A DNA stretch of 64,000 bases from Azolla caroliniana (Eukaryota > Plantae > Polypodiophyta), in contig JBHGNT010000016.1 in the NCBI GenBank assembly GCA_043228905.1, positions 11,470,001-11,534,000 of the forward strand, written 5' to 3'. A program made the position numbers and the translations under genes. Each line of letters starts with the position of its first letter. Within the stretch, counting starts at the first letter, position 1. Of the stretch, positions 58,493 to 64,000 are shown one piece after another. Under the pieces are notes generated by a model, which had not been told where the DNA came from, ran no database searches, and saw only the letters and a list, made by a program, of their open reading frames with translations.

Positions 58493-61400
58493 TTATGAAT
58501 AACACAAGATGGGGGATGGGTAACTATAATGTTAAATTAGCATTATCATCATCAAATCCAAAAATACCCACAATGAGGTATATATATACATCTCATGTGC
58601 AAAGGTGCACATGTGTGAGTGGAATATAGGTACTAAGGTGTAAGTCCTATATTAAATGTACTTAGGAGTGGAGGATCTAGAATATCCCACTTAAGTACAA
58701 GGCCCTATTTAAGGCGTTATAGTCAACACTTCTAACTAGATTCTATCTAGGTAACTATGAAGTTACATGGTTGACAAACTAACTAAACTAAGTTGAGCTT
58801 GATCTCTCAACACGCCCCCTCAAGCTCAAGTGTGAGGCGTCCGACATCCGCTTTGGCTTTCATCAGCTTCGTGTGCTTCTGTCCGGCCTTCGGCTTTCTT
58901 CACAGTGGCAATCTCAGTTCCTCCCCCTCAAGCCAGTGACGAAGGCTTGTAACGTGTGGGTGAAGGTCGACTACTTCCACCCATCATGGGTTACGGGCCA
59001 CTTCGGTGGAGCTCTTGGGCTCTTGTTCGGCCGCTACCTTCATCGCGAAGGCGTAATGATGGGCCATATACTCGTTGTAGCCGAGCCGAGTGACGAGATT
59101 CTTCTCTCTAGAAGAGTGTCGAAGTTTTTCGCTCGCCGATGTGAGCGCCTTCTTTACTCCGGGTGTACGCATGATGGGTACACCAAACTCACTATCTAGT
59201 GAGGGAGCCGATCCATACGAATCATTGTTGTCGGGGTGGTCGACTTCGTATTCGGGCATCTTACCTTTGCCTTTGTCCAAGTTCATACTTGGCCGCAACG
59301 TGCTTGGGTCGCGTGGGGGCTCTTGTGGCTCACTAGGCTTTGCCGTAATCAGACTTTCTTCGAACATGTGTTCGAAGCGATCTCCATCTTCTACCTCTTG
59401 TTCGGCGGATTCCGAATCAAGCGGAGTCGGAGTTGAAGTTGTCTCTGGTGCACACCAGGATGTGAACCGATTGGGTAGAAGGGTTGTTGCACTTGTATGC
59501 CTTCTTCTCGGATGAGTATCCTATGAGGATACATTCCTCCGACTTCACGTTGGGCTTCTGTCGTTGTTCGTTCGGGACATGGTTGTTTACGTACCCGTAT
59601 TTAATGTTTAAATACGTATAGTACCTGATCATTTGTATAGTACATACTATACCTCAATGTTGTTCAGTCAAATATCATGTACATTTGTCCAATACGATAT
59701 TTAACATATTTATAAAAATATAGGTATAATACGTATTTATAAAGAAAATGTAATTAAAACCCTAACAAAAAGCCAAAGAAAAAAAAGATTTTAGTGAAAA
59801 AGAAGCCAAAGGAAGGAAGAAAGAAGAATAAAAGAGACGACGATGAAGAAGAAGAAGAAGAAGAAGAAGAAGAAGAGAGAAAAGAACACATAAACCTATC
59901 CTTAGTGTGATAATTGTAGTAGATAGAAGAAGAAGAAGAAGAAACGAAGGAAAGAGAAACCTATCATGAGTGTGATAATCGTAGACGATTCCTCAATCTA
60001 TGAAGGCATAATTGTAAATAATTACAATTTGAAGTAGAACATCGTGATACACACTTACACTGATTTATAGAATAAGGGAATGTCAACATCCATATTACTA
60101 CAAGTATTTTAGGATGTGAAATGTTCAAATGTCTTATATGCATTTTAGGATGTAAAACTATATTGTACATGACAAAATTGTGTAAACATAGATGTTTTTT
60201 ACAATATTATAGATATTTTTTAGAAAGGTAAATAGTTTTCAAATTCTAGTTCAGTATTTAACGTACTATATGTAAAATACGTATTTTATAAGTATTTAAC
60301 ATATTAAGAAAACGTATTTAATGTATTTTTAAATTGGGAGGTACTATACGAGTATTAATACGTTAAATACATATGGTATCCGTACCTTACCTAACGTACC
60401 TAACAACCTTGGTTCAAGATGCGTACATTCGCAATGCTTCTGAACACCTTGAGAGCGACAGGATCGGCTTCCTTTCGACGAGGAGCTCGTATGGAGTTAG
60501 CTCATGGACTCCATTAGTGGTGTACCAGTTCATGAGGTAGACGGCCGTGGATGCCGCTTCGGCCCAATAGAAATTCGGCATGTGCTTCTCATGCATCATG
60601 GCGTGTGCTACCTTGAGTATTTGCCGATTTTTCTTTCGGTGACTCCATTTTGTTGGGGTGTGTGTCGGCATGAGAAGTACTCCTTTCCTCCATCCGATCG
60701 TAGGCATCGAATGTGCCGTCTGGTTTCTTTTTCGACTCTTCACTCTTCTTCTTCATCGGGTAGATCCACACATAGTGTGAGTAGTCGTCGATGAAGGTTA
60801 CGTAGTATCGGCATCTGCCGATCATCGGCGTTTGAGCCGGTCCCTATACATCCGAGTGTACGACGTCGAGGAGGCCTTTGCTCGCATGGATCTCCTTCGG
60901 GAATGGGAGTCAATGTTGTTTGCCGAGTTGACACGCTTCGCATACTCAGTCGACTCGTTTCGACTCGAATGTCGGAAGTCCGATGACGACTCCCTTCGTT
61001 TGCATCGCTCGAAGCCGTTGGAGGTTTATGTGGCCGATTCTCTTGTGCCACAACTCGATGCTTGTCTCGGTTTTGAGACTTTTACCGTACATTGCCGATT
61101 TCACCTCTTTCGAATCGAGGATGAACATTCGGCTGTCTCTCCGCCCCTTAGCTATGAGTCAGCCATCTTTCTCAATGAAGCAACCTTCGTTGTTGAAGCG
61201 GACTTGCATGCCTTGCTCCATGATTTGGCCAACCGAGACCAAATTCTTCGTTATTGTGGGCACGTGCAAGACATTCTTGATGCAAGTTTGCTCGCCTTCT
61301 TTCCCGAATGGGACATTGCCGATGTGCCGAATGGGGTGTGTGGTGTTGTCTCCCGTCTCTATGAAGCCGGGTCGATCCGGCATTCGTAAATCACGAAACC

Positions 61401-63052
61401 ACTCTTCGTGAGATGTCATGTGATGTGAGGCGTCGGAGTCAACAAACCACACGCCTTCCAAGTTGGAGGTGCTTGTGGAGTTGGAGGCCGACATAGAGTT
61501 CGTTCTATGCCTCATTACGAATATTCTGCCGTAATCATCGTATTTGGAGTTGACGGCGTAATTCGTGTGTTGTTGACTTGTGGAAGTTGATTGGCTTCTT
61601 CTTTTTCGGCATTCCTCCTCGCAGTGGCCGATTTTGCCGCAATCGTTGCAAGTTGCGGGCCTCGTTTGCTAACTATGTTTGGCGTGGAAGCTCCCCCTTC
61701 TTTAGAAGGTTCCTCGATGGCTTCCATGAAGGTTTGAGTTCCCTTCGTGTGATGGGTCGAATTGACCTCTTCTACCGTCGTGACCTCCTCCTCGGCCACT
61801 ATCCGAATTTGAGAACAACATCTGTCCTTCCGACGTCTTGCTTTTGGTTCAGACGTGGTTCTCTTTGACCAATAGCATTGATTGGAGGTCAAAGAATGAA
61901 CAAGGGTTTTCTCTCACCACGATTGCCATCCGTAATGGATCGAATCGTTGTATGAGGCCGCCCATGCATACTTGAACCATCTCGTCTTCGTCGACATTTA
62001 TTTTGGTGGAGCCAAGCAAGTCGCAAATGCTCTTGATCTTGGCGGTGTAGTCTAACACAGACATGTCTTTTTGCCAAATGTTGTTCAACTCTTGTCGGAG
62101 TTGAAGCTTTCGGGCGGTCGTGTTGGCGGCAAACATTTTATTTAAGTTCGCCCATGCTTCTTTAGGAGTCTTGGCGTCTCGAATGTGGCTAAGCATGTGG
62201 TCATGGACACATGTTGCCAAGCAATACATGACTTGACTTGTCGCTTGCTCCCATGTTGCATAGTCGGCGTTCTTTGAGTCAGGTCGATTTTCTTGAGCAC
62301 CGTTGATGTAGCTCCAATACCGTTGGCCGATGAGGTATTGGGTCATCTTGTACTCCCAAGCTGAATAATTGCTCTGATCTAGCTTTTCACTAGGGAGCGA
62401 GCTACCCATTTGTGTGTTCATGTTGATTGTGTCTTCTCCTCTTTTGCTTTTCTTCCTTCGATCACGTACACGTGCTACGTAGCGGCACTAGGGTAGTCAA
62501 TAGCCGGATTTTGTCGTCGACGTCTCGAACACACAATCACGGAGTCGGGTGGGCTTAGTGGATTTTCTAAACCGCACGCTTTGATACCATGTTAAGAATT
62601 AGGTAAGTAATTAAGCAAGGGTTAATTAGTACCTAATTATGTGATAGTTTATAAGCGGAAGATTAAGTGATATGTGTATGTATGTATGTGAGAGGAAGAG
62701 AGAGAGAGTGTGTGTGTGTGTGAGAGAGAGATACACTTATGAATAACACAAGATGGGGGATGAGTAACTATGTTAAATTAGTATTATCATCATCAAATCC
62801 AAAAATACCCACAATGAGGTATATATATACATCTCATGTGCAAAGGTGCACATGTGTGAATGGAATATAGGTACTAAGGTATAAGTCCAATATTAAATGT
62901 ACTTAGAATGGAGGATCTAGAATATCTCAATTAAGTACAAGGTCCTATTTAAGGCGTTATAGTCAACACTTCTAACTAGATTCTATCTAGGTAACTATGA
63001 AGTTACATGCTTAACTAACTAACTAAACTAATTTGAGCTTGATCTCTCAACA
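58349..63052 (-). mobile_element. Copia G: non-autonomous element (gag/PR/INT, no RT-RH), same family as Copia D
   Basis: LTRs 58349-58812 and 62590-63052; TSD CTTCA (58344-58348 / 63053-63057); degenerate PBS 62578-62589; gag 61849-62421. Confidence 0.93.
59578..60411. mobile_element. Non-autonomous hAT-like DNA transposon (~834 bp) in Copia G integrase
   Basis: Termini CATGGTTGTT / AACAACCTTG; 8-bp TSD GTTCGGGA vs GTTCAAGA (2 transitions); removal restores the host frame NVRIPNEQRQK; subterminal TACGTA repeats. Confidence 0.8.
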
Positions 63053-64000
63053 CTTCATATACACCTTATGGCTAAAAAACAAAAGAAACTGAAATTAGAA
63101 AAAAGAAGAAATCAACAAAGCAATCAAATCAAAATGATACATGCACATAGATGACTCACTTTTGAAACTCTGTGACCATTTCGTCAAGGCTAAACTACTT
63201 GGTGACCACTCTTGATAATACAGATATCAATAATCTGTCATCCTTAATTCCTTGCAGTGACCGCCAATGAAGTAGCTTCATATCTTCGGCTAACTCTTCA
63301 ATTACTAAGTCACTTTTACGTGACTTAGATTTCATCTCCACCTATGGGTCGAGCTTAGCCTTCTTTGACCCTTTATTTCTTTACGCTCCCACATACTAAA
63401 AATGCAATCGTGGAGGTCCCACACCTCCCATGTTCTGAAGGCAAGTTAAAACCATGAATCATATTTTCTCAGGCCTTCAGACTTGGTGCTTTCGTTAACT
63501 GCTATCCCCACTTCAAGCAGACATTGTCGTCGCAATCCAGGATGCAGCTGAGGACCAAATTTTTGCAGCGCATCAAGGTACTCGTGATGGAAGAACTTGA
63601 TGCGTTCGATACATGACATATTTTTTCTATAGTCATTATCGTTGTTATGATCCCAAGCTAACAACTTGGCTTCTTCATGTGTAAGGTCTGCATACACTTT
63701 ACATTCTGCATACTTGAAGAAAGGGGTAAGAGGATACTCCTTGACCAACTGACGTCAGGCTTCAGCATAGGGGGATCCTCCAATCAGATAGTATGTGTAG
63801 TCATCTACCAAACTGTACTTGAATTCATCAACAATAGGGCATTGATCTAGGTCGATCATTACTAAGAATGGCACTAAACTCGCATGTGGATTAATCTTCA
63901 TTTTGCTTTTTAAGTTCTGCACATGCATTGAATGTGGCTCTCTAATTTCTAGAGCTCGTCTTCTTGTCTCCGGATCGATGGGTGGCCATTGAATATAGCA

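Larger units (their letters stand above)
56858..64000 (-). pseudogene. Spliced ParB/Srx-like domain + beta-class N6-adenine/N4-cytosine DNA methyltransferase gene, decayed and interrupted by Copia G; 5' end beyond the window
   Basis: Exons >64000-63160, 63071-63053 joined to 58348-58224, 58152-57676, 57585-57296, 57204-56858. YNGDVGNMLDILP...LLVADIPYG (motif IV), WVKTN...R...EY, NPYQKPQQLINRLVELFSNPNDWILDLFSRIGTTTACALKLFRNCITLEKD (motifs X, I, II). N-terminal YYLIGGS.YAEA*RQL...CKVYADL..EEAKLLAWDHN. Confidence 0.85.

Overview
Repeat-dense eukaryotic DNA from a land plant, most likely a non-seed plant such as a fern or lycophyte (inferred from the Tcn1-like and Phygy-like Gypsy lineages). Most of the window is nested LTR retrotransposons. 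From 1 to 24 kb there is a four-deep stack (Tcn1-like Gypsy C < Tcn1-like Gypsy B < Phygy-like Gypsy < Tnt1-like Copia) plus a hAT-type MITE. Then come a solo LTR and an RT-less Copia (24.8-29.3 kb). Two intact, convergent host genes sit at 31-39 kb: a 9-exon poly(A)-binding protein and a 5-exon RCC1-repeat protein. An L1 remnant and four more Copia elements follow (40-63 kb), one with an intact 1360-aa ORF. The standout is a decayed, spliced minus-strand gene (56858 to beyond 64000), split by a Copia insertion. It encodes a ParB/Srx-like domain fused to a prokaryote-type beta-class N6-adenine/N4-cytosine DNA methyltransferase. Other notable signals: a probable GT-GG U12 intron, tRNA-like A/B boxes in chromovirus LTRs, covarying self-priming PBSs, -1 frameshift signals and strong CCGG enrichment in one Copia family. 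All boundaries, alignments and counts were made by eye; no database searches were run.
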